Source of the DNA: Phoronis australis
Taxonomy: Eukaryota; Animalia; Phoronida
Direction of reading: 5' to 3'
NCBI GenBank assembly: GCA_002633005.1
Contig: NMRA01000052.1
Span: forward strand, 1,208,708 to 1,272,707
DNA: 64,000 bases
Part shown: positions 13,501 to 28,008 of the stretch, in pieces
Layout: the number at the start of each line of letters is the position of its first letter
Numbering within the stretch: position 1 is the stretch's first letter
The notes under the pieces: model-generated
What the model saw: the letters and a program-made list of their open reading frames with translations, nothing else
Database searches by the model: none
What the model was told of the DNA's origin: nothing
Made by a program: the position numbers and the translations under genes

Positions 13501-16500
13501 TCAAATTAATGTTCATTTCTACGTCACTTATAAAACTTCAGGTCAGTCTGAATGTTCCATGATCGCTGGGATTGCAAAGAGGGAAGTAAACGCAAATTTT
13601 GTGAGCTTCTCAGTAATGGAACTGGAAAACGAAGACGGCTATCAACGAAAGCAAACTCTGAATGTGCAGTGCACACAAAGGAGTTCGTATCTTGACCATC
13701 TCAGTAACACTAAACTAAGTGCAGTTGGGTAGCATGTCGTGCCAACCTTTTTCTTCTCCTGCCTTTCTTTTTTGCGTTCCTCGCGTTTCTGCTTCTTCTT
13801 ATCTTTCTTTCTCTCCATGTACTGCTCCCAAGGTGTCAGTGATTCTTTCTTCTGAGCACTCTTCTTCACTAAAGATTCTGTAGTTTCCTTCAATCCTGTT
13901 CAAACAAAAAGTACCATGAACTCTTAGAACAACAGGAGCAGTTGTCAACACTGTCTAGGCATTAAGGTTTGTCACAGCCACAGAGTCAATTTAGACTCAA
14001 GCGAAACTGATTACGTGGATTACTTCTTGAATTTCATGTGGGTGATAACAGAGGCCATATTCATGTCGTTTAGTGTCTTGACAAGGAACAAAATACCGAA
14101 CAGATTTACATCATAGGTAACGGTGTGGTGACCTACAAAAGTGTAAAGTTCATCATCTTTGAACAGTACACTTTCTGTAGAAGATGCCTACATTCTAAAT
14201 TTTTCTTTTCAAACAGTTAAAATGGAGAAATGTTAAGTTAAAACAAAGAACAATAGAATCCTTGATCAAATGGACCAATTCCAATCAAAAGCCAATTACC
14301 TAATACGTGCTCCTGCATCCCATTACTACAAGCCGTTTAAATAGAGAATAGATGCTGGAGGACAAAAGAGTTAGAAAACAAAAACAACGACAGCAAACTT
14401 TTCTTTTTGAAGACATTTCTGAGCAAGGATTCCTGCAACTCCAAACTTTATTACCTGGTTCCCACGTGACCTCCATCTCCATCTTTGTATCATCATTGGT
14501 GCTGTTTTTCGACTCAATCCCTTGCAGTAACTTCCTGTATTTCTCAATACTTTTCTCTTCATCTTCCGAGTCTGAGGCAACAAAGCCGGGCTCAGATCCT
14601 CGATCAATAAAGTCACCGTAAGGGTCCTCTGGAACATTACAATAGTAAATTAACCAAGTTCAAATGAGATTTTTTTAGGAGTTGGCGTAAAACCTAGTAG
14701 TCACTTCAACAAAACCTGGGTCAATACACATAAGTCTCATATCAGCACAGCCATGAGAACGCTGATACGATGATATGAGGTCATCAATGTACACATCAAG
14801 CTTTTCTCTTTTCTCATTTCAGTTGACTACATGAAACAATTTCACAGTAATATCCTTAAATTATGACTCTGTGCAGTAAAATATAGACTCCTCACTAACA
14901 CCTTGCTGATTTGCGTTTGAAATTTTTTGGTAACAGGAAAAATATTTGGCGTTCATTTATTTCCTGAGAGCTATTTTCTACATGCACGATCTTCAAACAT
15001 GCCACACAAAGGCCTAATAAACAATGTGTGAAGTATCAAACAAAGGTACGCAAAACAAATCAGTAAATGAATGGCACAGGTTTTGATAAGTGTATATCAT
15101 GACAGACACCCCAAGGTAAAACATTGCAACTCTTTGAAAAAAATACCATGTGCTTCAGTCATAATGTGGCGGGCACTAGCCCCCAGAGCACAAACGAAAA
15201 CTAACCTATAATAATTTGGATACTTGGTTTCTGCTACTGAACCACTGTTAGCTAACAAACTGAAAAAGTCTTGATTCTTACCCTCCATTCTCCACTAACC
15301 ACCGACGGACATAAAAATACTAAACCGAATGTAAGCGCGTGTGCATTTCAGTGAATATTGCTCGTGAGTAGTAAGAGGACTTACTAGATGTCAACATTTT
15401 ATTAGTAGACACTGTTGGCGTTCGTGACAGACCGCAGGTGATAATCCTTCATGAAACAAACAAGATTGCTAAGTGCTGTTCATTAACCAAAAACTGAAGG
15501 ATTGTCAATCTAGAGTACAGTACAGACTGGGTTAGATTGCAGGTGTACCAGGCTGACACTACCCAACCTTAGCCATTCGCTTTTCAAATGATGTTTATTT
15601 TATCCAGGCTTAGAAACACATAGAAAATATAGCACAGGACTGCAAATTTCAGACGCACAGTTCTGCAAATGACAGTTGTGAATAATTTCACAGGCTTCAG
15701 CCTGTGACCCCAACAAATCCCGATATTCCTTCATCGTTATATGAGGCCCCAGCACCCACCATTCTCCGACTCTGACCCTGAGGAGGCCAAATATTCCTTC
15801 ACATCCAGATCCATCAGTTCTTCAGGTGAAAATTTTCTCCTTGTCACCGACACTCTATCCTTGTCGTCTTCGTCCCACGTCAAGTCCACCTAAAAACAAA
15901 ACAGTGTAGTCGATGTTGTTTTCTGCATGTCACCGTTTCCAAAAACAAGGAATAGTTGGCAGTTTTTTGGGCAACACTATGGCTTTAGCCCATGAATCTC
16001 TGCTGCAGATTAGCCAGAGTCTTTTTCCTTCACAGGTCACATGGTCATTCTCACTAACAGCATTCTTTTTTATAGACAATACATGAACTGAACTAACATA
16101 CATTTGTGAGAGTTGCTGTGCATGAATGAGTATGGAATTATAAGATAGTGAGAGAAGAAATGGGTTCATGAAAAGCATTATTACTTGTTACTGGATTTGC
16201 CTTGAAAATTCACACGTTTGACACGATTTCGTTTTGCGAATCAAGATTTAGCTGTCGAAACCGACAGACATAAATCTGCTTCTTATTCTGACCACGTGTC
16301 TTTTCTGTCCAAATCACATTGACGATGAATACCATAATTTTATACTAATGTACACCCAGCATTCCATAAGAGTTAGATTTATACAGGAAGTATACTGTAG
16401 CTGTCCCAGTGTCAACCGATTTATCCGTTTGACGAAAAACCCTGACAAAGTGTTATTATTTTCATTTACCATTGACTCATTTTGTAAGAGAGCATCATTA

Positions 16501-19500
16501 AGTAAAGAATTGTAAGTTTGTGCCTCTGAAGTATTGTCAGTTTGATAACTGTAATTGTACTTTGGGCCCATGGCCTTGATCACTTATAATAAACACTGTC
16601 TTATAACTGAAATGTTGTTACTCTAAAACCTCGCCCATTTCGGTAACTATTCTAAGATTGCTCTTTTCTCAGTTTCAAAGTCTTCTGACACAGTTGTGAT
16701 AACCCAAAGCAAGCATTAACTCACAGCTACATAGAAAATTGCATTTCACTTGTTGGCCAAATTGTGTCCTAAATCTGTGAGATTTTACCACAGTGTGAAT
16801 GTCGGTGTGGTTTGTGGAAAATTCAGATTCTTTGTGCAGGCTGGATGAATAGCCACTGACCAGTGAGAGCCTTACAAAAATGACCAAAGTTTCTGACTGA
16901 CTGCTAACAATTACTCATCGTCTAACAAAACACGCCCGCAAACCTCTGGCAGAAAACTGTTCTTCTATGAAATATTACAAAAACTCAAATAAAGAGTTCA
17001 AACCTGAAAGTTTTTCTCTTCCAGGCCACTCACCTTGGACTGATTCAAGGCAGTAGTCACATACATAGAGGGCTTGTAGGAAGACGGCATCTCAGAGATC
17101 TCGGATTTAGGTTTGTCGTCAAATACCATGTCATCAGGAATAAATCTAATCAGAGGAATGAAACAGTTTTATGAACCTTGAACAAATCTGTTCCCACACA
17201 GTACAACAGAAAATGGAAGAAAAATATTGGATTGGGCGTGAATTAACATAAAGTTGTTCCCCCTTCTGCAGCTGACCATAGCATATGTATGCGACTGAAA
17301 ATATTTTATTTGACATCCGACAAAAGGATTACTTTCTAAGTAACTGTTGTAAATATGATATTTTTTTTCACATATCTATCATCATTGATAAACAAGTACA
17401 AAAAACAAAAACAAACAAGTACACCAATTCATTCACTCATGCACATCTCAGGAGAGACCATTCTCGTATCTTGTATAAAGCAACCAAGTTCTACATGGAT
17501 TAACGTGAATAATAAAACTTTCCCATTTCCCAGAGAAACTGTCATACACAAAATTTTTATAAGTAATTAATTGTTCAGCATTGTATTACTCATGAGTATA
17601 TGTAACAAACTTGATGTGAACATTAGGTAAAGTTTTGTATGATAAATTTGAGCACAGGAAGGTGTACTGGAATCTCCCATGTGACATACTGGCCATGGAA
17701 AGTGGAATATAAAATGTTTTACTTACTGGCCAGCCCATCTCAGAGAAGTCTTGGCTGATAGATGGAAGCAAATCATCTAAGCTCAGACTTATACCAACAT
17801 GCAAACTAAACTGCACTATAAACATGTTAAAATAATATTACAACATCCTAACATTTTAAACCCTATTCAATGCTTAGAAATGTGATTGCTGGCTTTTTTA
17901 TTAGACATGTCGTGTGGCTCTACAAGTGAAACACAAGGTGATTTCAAAATTTGTCAATATTCAGCATATCAAAATACATGCTGGCCCGGGGCCAGTGGAT
18001 TTGCGGTCGGGCCAGCAGACCAGTAAACTTTCCAGATAAGCCCTATGTGGATGTGGTCTCATATTCAATTCATTCAAAAAAGGTCTATTGACTTATTTTT
18101 TTGTCTCTCACCAGTGAACGCCAACGAGTTTGAACCTTGTGGGCAATAAATCTGCGATCGCCCCATTCATTTTGTTTACTCAATAATAGAACTCTAGCCT
18201 AGAATTCCATGTAGACTACTGATGAAATGTGTCTAGCAAAAATAAATTCGCTGAAACTAGCTCGGGGCTTTAGTTTCGTAGCCACAGCTTACATGGCGTA
18301 TAAGTCTCAGTTACCAACAACTCCTCACCTAGAGTTAACTGAGCATAAAAATAGGGTTCTCAACGCCATGTGCATTTAGTGTACAGGAAAAGATTGAGAA
18401 AAACGAAGGTAGGATGCTAAAAGCAGGGCCATTAACTTGACAGCCGGGCCAGTAAATTGTCAGACTAACTGGCCTGGCGGGAAAGCACATTTGCTGAAGT
18501 TTGAATACTGCTCATATCTGCCAATCAAATATACCTTAAGTCTATCTTTGTGGCACTACTTTCGTATTCCAATCCATCACACTGCTCGTAAATGGAGTTG
18601 GCAGTTTCTGGTGTATCACATTCCACCACAGCATAGTAATATTTCAGTCTGCTCAACTGATATTGCCTTAGCCGTTCTTTGCGTTTTGAATCGTCTGAAA
18701 TGAAAACAAAAACGCATCCTCACGGCAATGTAGCATAACAATATGAAAAATGCAACACACCCAGTTGCTATCAACGTAGGAATATTAAGCATGACGCCAT
18801 TTTGACGTCACCATGACATTTTGGAACCATTGTGACAGCATGTCCATTTTTATTTCCGGGTCCAAATTGCGTCATCTATTGCCATGACATGTCATCACTA
18901 AACATCAGTGGAGTCCTCCTCTTGACGAACACGTGACCTACAGCATTCTTAACATATAAACAACAGTCAACCACTTGGGTAAGATGAAACTAATAAAGAG
19001 CTAAGAACTGAATTTTGACAAGAATCCAGAGGCTGTCTTAACATGGTAGGTTGCTAGTAGTAGGTAAAACGGCACCATCATAGAGTTTTCAAAGGCATAG
19101 AGTTCATTAAAATTGACGCTTAACGTGAAGCTTATAAATGAAACAACTCTCGTATAAAATGCACCGGAAACAACTAAAAATGCTTCTAGGGGATGCATCA
19201 GTGATCAGATCCATAGATCCATCTGAAAGTCGCCATCATTTGTTGTCAGCTTCAAAGGGACATATCTGCCAAATTTCATGAGATCCTGCAAGGAATTTAG
19301 AAGATAAAGCAGCGGAAGACTCGACAGAAGCCACGGCGGTATACTTTTACACGTACAAATGAGCACATAAAAATGCAATATATTACTTTAAATGTACTTG
19401 CAATCATGCCCCTAAAACTGTTTACAACCAGCACACGATCATTGCAAAAAACAAGCCCCAGGTTTTTCATAATAACAAAGCGTTCTCAAACCTTCATCGT

Positions 19501-22500
19501 CATCTGAATCCTTCTGGCTGACCAGCTCAGTAGGTCCACTCACTTCTTCCTCTCGGATCCTCTGCTTTCCAAACTCAGAAGCGTAAATCTGAAAGCAGTT
19601 CCATGCAGTCAGTAGGGACAAGTGTGGCTGATACTCACAGAAAAAAATACTTCAAATACTTCACTCTCAGGAATGTTTCAGGAAAGTCACAAGTCCAACG
19701 AACCGATCAGCATACCTATTCAGAAGGACGAATCATTGTATCGTAAAGAGCTACTAAACAAGCCAGAGCTCTAATACATGAACTATTCTGTTCTGACAGA
19801 TTTGACAATCTTTATATTTACACCAAATTAGATGTCTTTTCATTTATTTCTTTACAATTTAGATGCATATCCAGTAAGGAGTGAGATTTATTATTGATCA
19901 TTTGATACTGAAAAGATACCAAACCCTAATTGATCCAATTCATAAGAATAAAGAGGAGGCACTGTGATCCAGTGTGATAAGTGTCTACTTCGGATCCTTA
20001 ACTCGAGGTCGTGAGTTATAGTGCCACTGGGGCACACTGTTGGACCCTTGTGTCAGGTCTCTAGCTCCTCAGCTCGGTTTCAAATACGTATTAGTAAAGC
20101 ATAAAAATGGTTCCGGTTATTAGTGCAATGGGCCCACATGCACAGCCTGCGCACGTCTGCAATTGCTTTTCCTATATTCATAGCATACCACTGCTTTGTT
20201 ATCCTCAAAAGTTTGGAGAAAGTTTGAAAGCTCCTCCTGAGTCATGAAATGTGCTAAATCCTCAAGGCCATTTAATTGATGTCTGTGGGAAAGACCACTC
20301 TACTTTTCCCAGGAAATTATGCAAAGCATATTCGGAAAATGACGTTTTCAAGTACTTCTGTCTGTAGCAATGGGTGAATATTCGGAAAAGGCGCTGTGTG
20401 AATGGAAAGTCGTAACCTCAGCTAGTTACATAGATACGACAGTATGAAATTAGCATAAAACATGATGTAAGACAAACAGCTCTTCTGGGTGACTGTCCTT
20501 AAAAGGATTATTCTTAGTACATTGATGCTGAGTGGTCTTCTAAGAGGAAATTTTCCGAATAAACCTCCCGATATGTGAACACTTCAAGCCCAAAGTTGTA
20601 GCACCAAACAAACACCAATGGAAATTTATTAGGGGATGGCTTATCTATGAATATTCCAGGAGACACAGGATCCCCTTTATTAGATGACAAGGGACTGTCT
20701 CAGCAGAATAATGCTTTGATTTCTCAGGATAAGTACTATTTGTAACAGCTGGCAGAAACATTATTCTGCAAAGTCACTAAAACTGGGTTACTATCATCTT
20801 GAACATGATTAAAATTGGAAGTGATTACAACACTATAAAAGATAGTAATAAAGAAACGTCATTCAATTCATGGAATTCATCTACAACGTTGCTGTATTTT
20901 TTCAAAGTGGGATGGCTGTCAGCTCGGGAAAATTCAGTGACATCACAAAAAATTGGCCACATAATGACAAACAACACTCGTCAGTGACGAGCACCAGAAT
21001 TTAACGCATGGGGCACCGCAACAGGCTTTTTGGTGCGAAGACGATTAAGCACACAGCATACAAAGTAAAAGAATGAAAGTGAGCCTCAATTCCTTTGAAT
21101 TATTAGATTAACAAATTGAGAGAGTTCATCAAAGGCAGGTGTCATCTGATCACAGTGAAGTTAAATCTAACCACCTGAAACACAAATTGTACTTCAGATT
21201 ACGCGCACCCAAATTATCTGTGATGTCAGCACCGCTAATTCAGAAGATTTGCAAATGAGACCCTCCAATTTAAGTTTGAAAATTTTGACTTCCCCAAACA
21301 TGGGAGTCAAAGCCATTCAAGACAGCATTTCTACCAAGTTGCAAAGGTACAGCAAGCAATAATACCATCTAATGCCAGCACGACAATGCCACATCTACAA
21401 TATTACCATAGCTGTATACAGACGAGTCAATTTGACCATGCACGACTTACTTTCACAGACTTAACGACAGAACCGACTGGTTTGAATGAATTGACAAGTG
21501 CGTAGATATCTGCTGGTTGCATTCGGTCCCAGTCCATGTTGCATATGGCGAGACGGGAGGAGACCTCGTCAGCAACGGGCGCATCTTTGTCTATCTCGCC
21601 CCAGTGACTGTCAGAGAACTCTAGGTCTGAAACGGAAAGATTCAAAATTAGAAATTCACAATTAATCAAAAACAAGGATCAGCCCAGGCCAATCTAGGAT
21701 GGCGCGTCTCAAAATTACTTGAAGATTAATAGCGAAACAAGCACCTGGTTGAAACTAGGTGTTAATTCTAAGCTTTACATCATAAGCAAAACAGTGAAAA
21801 CACGATGGTCTAATCTATTAACCAGAGATTTAGCAATGCAAACTTAAGGAAGCATTAAACCAGCGCTTGTTCTATTGTTCTTCCCTAGTCTGGAAATCAC
21901 ACTTATTTTGACTAGGGAACAACTTGAAACCAATTTCATAATGGAGGCTTCAATTTGAAACTTGATCTTTGCAGAAAGCACGAGTTTAATATTGGTTTAA
22001 ATGTCATATTTTTCAATCATCTCAATCCTAAATAATGACCGTTGTTATGTTCTTGACACTAAAAATGTTAGGATGATGAAAACTGTAGTCATTTTTAGCC
22101 CACGCAGTCTCAGCCTAAATCAATAAGACCTTCAAGTCACAGTAGCAAAACAGACAAAAAAATGATTTTTTCAGTCAGAGAAGTCTTATGAGGAATGTTC
22201 AAATTGATATCAAAATAGTATGAAAGTGCCTTTCTATGCCAACAACCACAAATTCAATCAACAAAAATATCAAATAAAAGTTGTAAATGGTCAGCATACT
22301 ATCATCTTCATCCTCAAAGTCTGTATCTTCATTTGAGCTGGATGCAAGTCCTTCGCCCCTTGAGTAGTCAGGACCCTCTCCAACTCTAAAGGCAGTGCCA
22401 TCTGTGGAGAGATAAAACAAACTTCTGTATAATTTACGCTGGGTATAGCATTAGCAGCTTAATAGAAAAAACCCAACTTATTGCGAACGAGCAAAATTAA

Positions 22501-24293
22501 TCAAAGTGTGAAACTTGATATTCACTAGGTGGTACTAAATGAAGATTTCTCTTTTGATATTTGACTAGACTGAAAACAGAAAGCCATTCGTGGGCATATA
22601 TAAGAGCTGGGAGTTTGTCAGATAAGAACTGTGCGTTGCTATCCAAATGCAAGCATTTTCATGTAGGACCGTTAATTCACTTAAACCACCCGATGAATTT
22701 TATCTATTCGTCATCATTTGGAAAACACTCAACTTTCATCCTCGATTGAAAAAGTTTGCCAAAATTTAACGCCCGGCCCGGTTAATTTCAAATTATTCAG
22801 AACCAAGTTGCACTATTTATCATGCGCTTTCCTTTACTTCACAGTACCCTTGTTGTTGGTGACCATAGAGCTAATTTTGTAGAAGGGAAAAAAGATAAGC
22901 AGGAGAAGAAATACTTCTTTAAAGGTTACTAAACGGTTTTGACAATTTCAGCCAATCCTTGTTGTCTCCTGCTAATGCATCATTGGTGAAAGATAAAAGT
23001 AGGAATCAACTAATAAACAATATACTCTCTATGTCACACTGGATATTATGGTTCTTGGAGCACGGTGTTTCCCAACAGTTGCCTTTTAATTCGGTGAAAG
23101 TGTAGGTCATGCTTGCCCATTAGGAAGACTTTGAGAGAATTTTTCAAATTTTCCTCAAAACTTTTGAGTGTTGTCGAGAGGTATAGAGCATTATTTTGTT
23201 TCAGATTTGATATCTGAAAGTAGGCTAAAACCGGGTTTGGTATCCCTTTAAATTAAACTCTCCTTTATTGCGAATTGCAAAAAGGCATTTATGTTTGGTA
23301 CACTGTACGACTCAGTTTCCATAAGATTGGGACGCTAAATGTTACTGAATTTGAACGAGAAAAGAGTGTCACAGGTTGACATGTTTTTGACATCTGCATT
23401 GCAACTGCACGTGCAACAGCAAAACTTCCATAGAAAAATAATGATGGATGTCAAACTATTCTTGGTGTAAGATAGCGCTTAGCACAACAGTTTTATGCTT
23501 ACAATTGTGGGGCAAGTGCTCTACCAACATGCAGCATTGAGGGTAACTACAACAGCAACATAGATGGCATTGTGGCATTTTAGGATGAGGCTATTAAGAC
23601 AGAACAACATCAATTACCATCACTGTCTCCACTCTGTTCCTCATCAGGGTCAGTCTGCTCAGTGCCAGTCTCCTTGTCACCATTGTCACTATCAGAGGCA
23701 GACGCCACTTTCTTGTCTTCCTCATACTCTTCCTGTTCACTAGTACTAAGCTCATCACTTTTACCAGTTTGTTGATGATTAAGATTGTGTTTTATATTCT
23801 TGCCAGATTTGAATTGTTTCACATCTTTAGGTAGGTCAGAACTACTCTTCTTTAACAATTTCCCTTTTTTGAGTTTGGAAGGCTTTTCTTCAACTTTCAG
23901 ACTATCTGAAGAGTTACTCAGTGTAAGTTTCAAATCCTTTTCAGAGTCCTTCTTTCTGCTAACTTTAATACTTTTCTCACTATTTTTCATTTCACTATCT
24001 TTTGAACCTTTTTCCCTCTTTTTCTTGGATTTCTTTGTTTTTGTTGATGTTTCCTCCATCCCAGAATCCTCAGAGTCTGACATGTCATAGTATTTCCTGA
24101 GGTGATCGTTTGAAGTGAGATTCATAGGCCGACCACGTTTGTCTACAGCGTATTTCAGCTTAAATTTCTTGTCCTTGAACATAGCATTGAATCTCTGATC
24201 AATTTTCACCTTTCTCTCCTTGCGAGGCATTTTATGAAAGCGCGGATCCTTCATGACATGGGCGAACCGTGAATCTTTCTGAACTTCATCCAT
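7551..24293 (-). CDS. ESF1: ESF1 nucleolar pre-rRNA processing protein homolog, 13 coding exons, 800 aa
   Basis: Exons 24293-23618, 22401-22300, 21626-21451, 19588-19492, 18694-18535, 17145-17034, 15889-15760, 14628-14455, 13895-13747, 12889-12799, 11302-11223, 8849-8691, 7847-7551; all GT-AG with consistent phases, 2403 nt in total. Motifs: [60 protein letters not shown], and the NUC153 motif [18 protein letters not shown]. Confidence 0.96.
9803..10495 (-). mobile_element. Probable solo LTR in an ESF1 intron
   Basis: TG...CA termini with short imperfect inverted ends (TGTCACAT / ATATCACA), flanked by AGTTG / AGTTA (5-bp TSD, one mismatch). Orientation is inferred. Confidence 0.5.
12982..13357. 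mobile_element. MITE with ~55-bp TIRs
   Basis: atcttttttcaaatgagactttcttatttagtctcaaagtg is mirrored by cactttgagactaaataagaatgtctcatttaaaaaaagat. Internal gcggaaattcc repeats. Confidence 0.7.
17962..18510. mobile_element. hAT-like non-autonomous element
   Basis: CAGCATATCAAA / TTTGAATACTG termini and repeated subterminal gggccag(t) motifs. The TSD is degenerate. Confidence 0.5.
18705..19373 (-). mobile_element. Helentron-associated (HINE/DINE-1-like) element, diverged
   Basis: The minus strand begins TTTTTATGTGCTCA...CCGCTGCTTTATCT..CCTTGCAGGATCTCATGAAATTTGGCAGATATGTCCC, matching the 5' parts of the copies at 34698, 38943 and 48473. The 3' boundary is uncertain. Confidence 0.55.
19956..20260 (+). 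mobile_element. tRNA-derived SINE (same family at ~44600-44915)
   Basis: Degenerate A/B-box head, then a body shared with the 44600 copy: tggggcaca..tcaggtctctag..tcagctc..agtgcaatgggcccac..gcctgcgcac..tttggagaaag. Confidence 0.6.
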
Positions 24294-24869
24294 GATGCGA
24301 TGCGATTCCTATACAACAGAATGTAATAAATAAGTGAATGAACTTGGATTTCTTAATTGTTTTTTTCCAAAAACATTCAGGTTTGCAATCTAAGCTGTAG
24401 CCCTATAGACGGTGTTGTCAACTGCAAGGGTTGGGGAGGAGTTCCTGCCCAGCTGAAGGGTAGAAACAGACAATGTAATTGACAGTACTTATTTTGTAAC
24501 AGATATATACCAACGTTTCAACTTTTAAAATTCCAATTTATATAACAAGAGCTATGCATTTGCGTTGAAATGCGCCTACGACTGCATTACATCAAATTGC
24601 CTATAGATGGCGCTAGATATAGTAAGTTCCCTGAAATGGCTGCCGATTTCACGATGCGCGTGGCTAAAGAGGACCGAATTCGGAATGGCGTAGTTATAGA
24701 CTAGAGTAATTGAGGGTCGTGAAAAGGATTTGTATGGATAGCCAGATGTCTGAGGAATGCAAGGATACCAAAATCATTAATTTAGACCTACATTTAGTGG
24801 ATTTATTAGGAATAAGTTAGGGTCCATTATATCCGACTAGTGCCAGTTTGATTACGGGAGCATTTGTTC

Positions 24870-25025
24870 GAGTTAAAAGGAATTAAAGATATCAACAGCC
24901 TCCTAAGGTGTCCCTTTATGCGCAAAAGGTACTGATAACAAAGTGACTTGGATGTGTTGATCACTATGAGGCATAATTCGATGAAAAGTTTCCGGCGTAT
25001 GAAGCGCCTATAGGAGCTTCACTGT
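24870..25025. repeat. Interspersed repeat; inverted copy of the element split at 28868-28986 / 32261-32325
   Basis: The reverse complement matches ccatagg..tacgccggaa..gtaccttttgc..ggacacctta..tctttaattcctt across the split. Confidence 0.7.
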
Positions 25026-26809
25026 CTCTACTGGCTACCTAGAGAAGGTGGTCACTGTCTACACTAAAATTAGCGAGGACAGCATTCTTCAGCGAATCGC
25101 TTCGCGTATCTGTCACCGTGTTAAATTCGTTCACTACAATCGGCAAAAAATAACTCAAAAAAGTAATAAATGTGAATAAAAAATATTGCAAAGTATGAAA
25201 GAATATATTGTTTTACTTATCTGATAATCTTTTTTTGTCGCAAAATTCGTTTAGTAATACTTTGCACGAGTTTCTTGCAGGGACGTGACAGATTTTTCAG
25301 ACCAAAATGGATGCCGGTAAAAATGACTGCTATTTGGTTTTCAACCCAGGAGAAGACTAAACTCGCGAATTTTTACGTGAAACTTCGTGAAAGAACAAAA
25401 GGGAGTCTTGCGAACACGATCATGTAAGTAGTTTTCACTTTTCTGCATTTAAAAGTTGAAAAAGTCGCCTTTTCCCGCGACCTTCAACTTCGAGCTGAAT
25501 TTATTGGTATATAGCATAATTTGCGAATCAATGTAATGAACTGTATTCCGCACTAAAGGGTTCATTAATGAACTATTTCAAACACTTGTTCTAAACGAAC
25601 ATTTCGTCAATTTCTGACAATCGGGCGAATTTCTGACTCACTTCGTAGTTCCGGGTACTGCCGCTAGGGGTGGTCCTGTGAATCGCGTTGAATGTTTGGT
25701 TTACAATACTGAAGCACTTCAACTTTTCCTGATGAAAACTCAATGTAAAAGAGAACTAAACAGTCATTTCTCGTAGTGAGAACAATGATTCTTATATTTA
25801 ATTTTTTTTTCTATTTTGCTTCACATTATTGTTGGTCAAGCCACTGATAGACTTGGGTTGGCTTGCTGCCAGAGAGGTCCACACCCATCTTGCCTTGTTG
25901 GTCATGACATTTTATTCAGAAAATGTCAAGATAGAAAATGAAAATGTTTTAATTTTAGATTAAACAAATGTTACAAATGTACAGTTCTACTGCAGTCCTG
26001 TGTTTCCAAGACTTTGTGGTCCACTACTTTGAAACATATACATGCTTTCGATGAACTTTTTTTCTGACCACGGGCCAGTATATATAGTTTTTAACAGAAC
26101 AATTGAGGTTTGCCTAGACTGTTAATAAATCTCACCCTGATCTTATCTTTATCATCCAGGTAAGCTTTGTTGGAATTTGCTGTGGACCAAACCAGTTGTT
26201 AATTTCTTCATTATTTTTGTTCTTATAATTTCACCCCTATTTATCAGTTTCTATCATCATCATGTCTCACATTTCTTTCTCAACAGACTCTGCTCCTAGC
26301 TCTTGGTCCAGATTCTTCTACTTTCCTGCTTCTACTGATTCTACTTGCATTTTATCAGTTATTCAGTTGGACATGATCTCATAGACAAACGGTCAAAGCC
26401 TCCTTCATTTTGGCTCTCATTCCGCTCCACCTATCGGACAGTGCTTTTCAGCTCCTGATGCTGTTGAGGAGTCCGTGAAGAAGTACCATATGCCAACACC
26501 ACCTCTTAAGACACTGACAGACAAATACTGACATGACCTATCTAGCTATTTCTTTTTTCTTTTCACAACCTTGTAGTTTAATAGATTATGTCACCTTTGT
26601 TAAAATGTGCATAATTTCCAAGTAGGGTAACATTTTCGCATAACACTGTTCAAATAATTATTAATTATAGTATTCTTTCAGGTCCTCGGATATCTGTCTT
26701 GGTTTAATATCCATTACGACAAAGATGAGGCTATCTACTCCTTTCGGCTGATTGATGACTTTGGTCAAAGGGACTTCGAAGTGCTGGAATAACTAAGTGT
26801 TGCATATAG

Positions 26810-27112
26810 ATACTCCAATGACTTACGATAGTCAGAAAGGGTTTGACCCCCCTTCCTTAAGGACGCCACAAGTCTGCGCAAGGTACTCCACTGACTTGGT
26901 CATTGAAAGGGTTTGGCTCCCGTTTCTTGAGGATGCCACAAGTCTCTAAGGTACTTCGCTGACGTACAGTAGTCAGTGAAAGGGTTTGGCCCCCTTCCTT
27001 GAGGATACCACAAGTCTGTGTAAGGAACTCCACTGAGCGTCTGTTTACTGGAAGGTACTCCACTGTCAATCGTCGCAGAAAGGGTTTGGCCCCTCCTTCC
27101 TTGAGGATGCCT
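26810..27112. repeat. Minisatellite, ~70-bp unit, ~4 copies
   Basis: Unit gaaagggtttggcccccttccttgaggatgccacaagtctg..aaggtactccactga. Confidence 0.85.
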
Positions 27113-27532
27113 TGAGAACTTTATTTATCTGTCCATCATAAATTCTTTTTTGTGTTCATATCACTTGAGACAATTTTAGGATTATGAATATTGCAGTTGT
27201 TGGTTTTATAGCATGAACATTCCTGGATGGCTCATGACAGGGTCTTCATTTTATTACATTGTTGTGGAAAGTTTATGTAAAAGTTTTATTTATTATATGT
27301 CTTTCAGAAGCTTGCATTAAAATGTTCTATTTATCATACTTGTCATCAATACATTTTTGCAATGATGTTTGTTTATCTTTGATTTTTATTTAATGTAATT
27401 GATTTTGAAAAAGTTAAGCCGGTTGCAAACAGCATGATTGTTAAAAACAATATCACAAATAATATCAATAATTTACTCAATCAATTATCAAGTTTCAACT
27501 TTCCTGATGAAAAATCTTTAAAATGATACCTT

Positions 27533-27920
27533 NNNNNNNNNNNNNNNNNNNNNNNNNNNNNNNNNNNNNNNNNNNNNNNNNNNNNNNNNNNNNNNNNNNN
27601 NNNNNNNNNNNNNNNNNNNNNNNNNNNNNNNNNNNNNNNNNNNNNNNNNNNNNNNNNNNNNNNNNNNNNNNNNNNNNNNNNNNNNNNNNNNNNNNNNNNN
27701 NNNNNNNNNNNNNNNNNNNNNNNNNNNNNNNNNNNNNNNNNNNNNNNNNNNNNNNNNNNNNNNNNNNNNNNNNNNNNNNNNNNNNNNNNNNNNNNNNNNN
27801 NNNNNNNNNNNNNNNNNNNNNNNNNNNNNNNNNNNNNNNNNNNNNNNNNNNNNNNNNNNNNNNNNNNNNNNNNNNNNNNNNNNNNNNNNNNNNNNNNNNN
27901 NNNNNNNNNNNNNNNNNNNN
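27533..27920. other. Assembly gap
   Basis: Run of N. Confidence 1.
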
Positions 27921-28008
27921 AAATTCGAAAACATCTTCTGAAAACGCACAAAAAAGTGTATTAGTAAAATCTACTGATTTTTAAGTGGTTTTAAAAAACA
28001 ATCGGTAA

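Noticed and set aside
23785-24090. Hydrophobic + strand ORF (similar at 8710, 11035, 14352, 43411, 46611)
   Set aside because: Antisense shadows of Lys/Glu-rich ESF1 and GCC1 exons.
24598-24615. Isolated CTCF-like motifs (also ~6749, ~22522, ~60379)
   Set aside because: Single imperfect matches are expected by chance in 64 kb and cannot be supported without binding data.
27481-27984. Long ORFs in the track
   Set aside because: Artefacts of the N gap.
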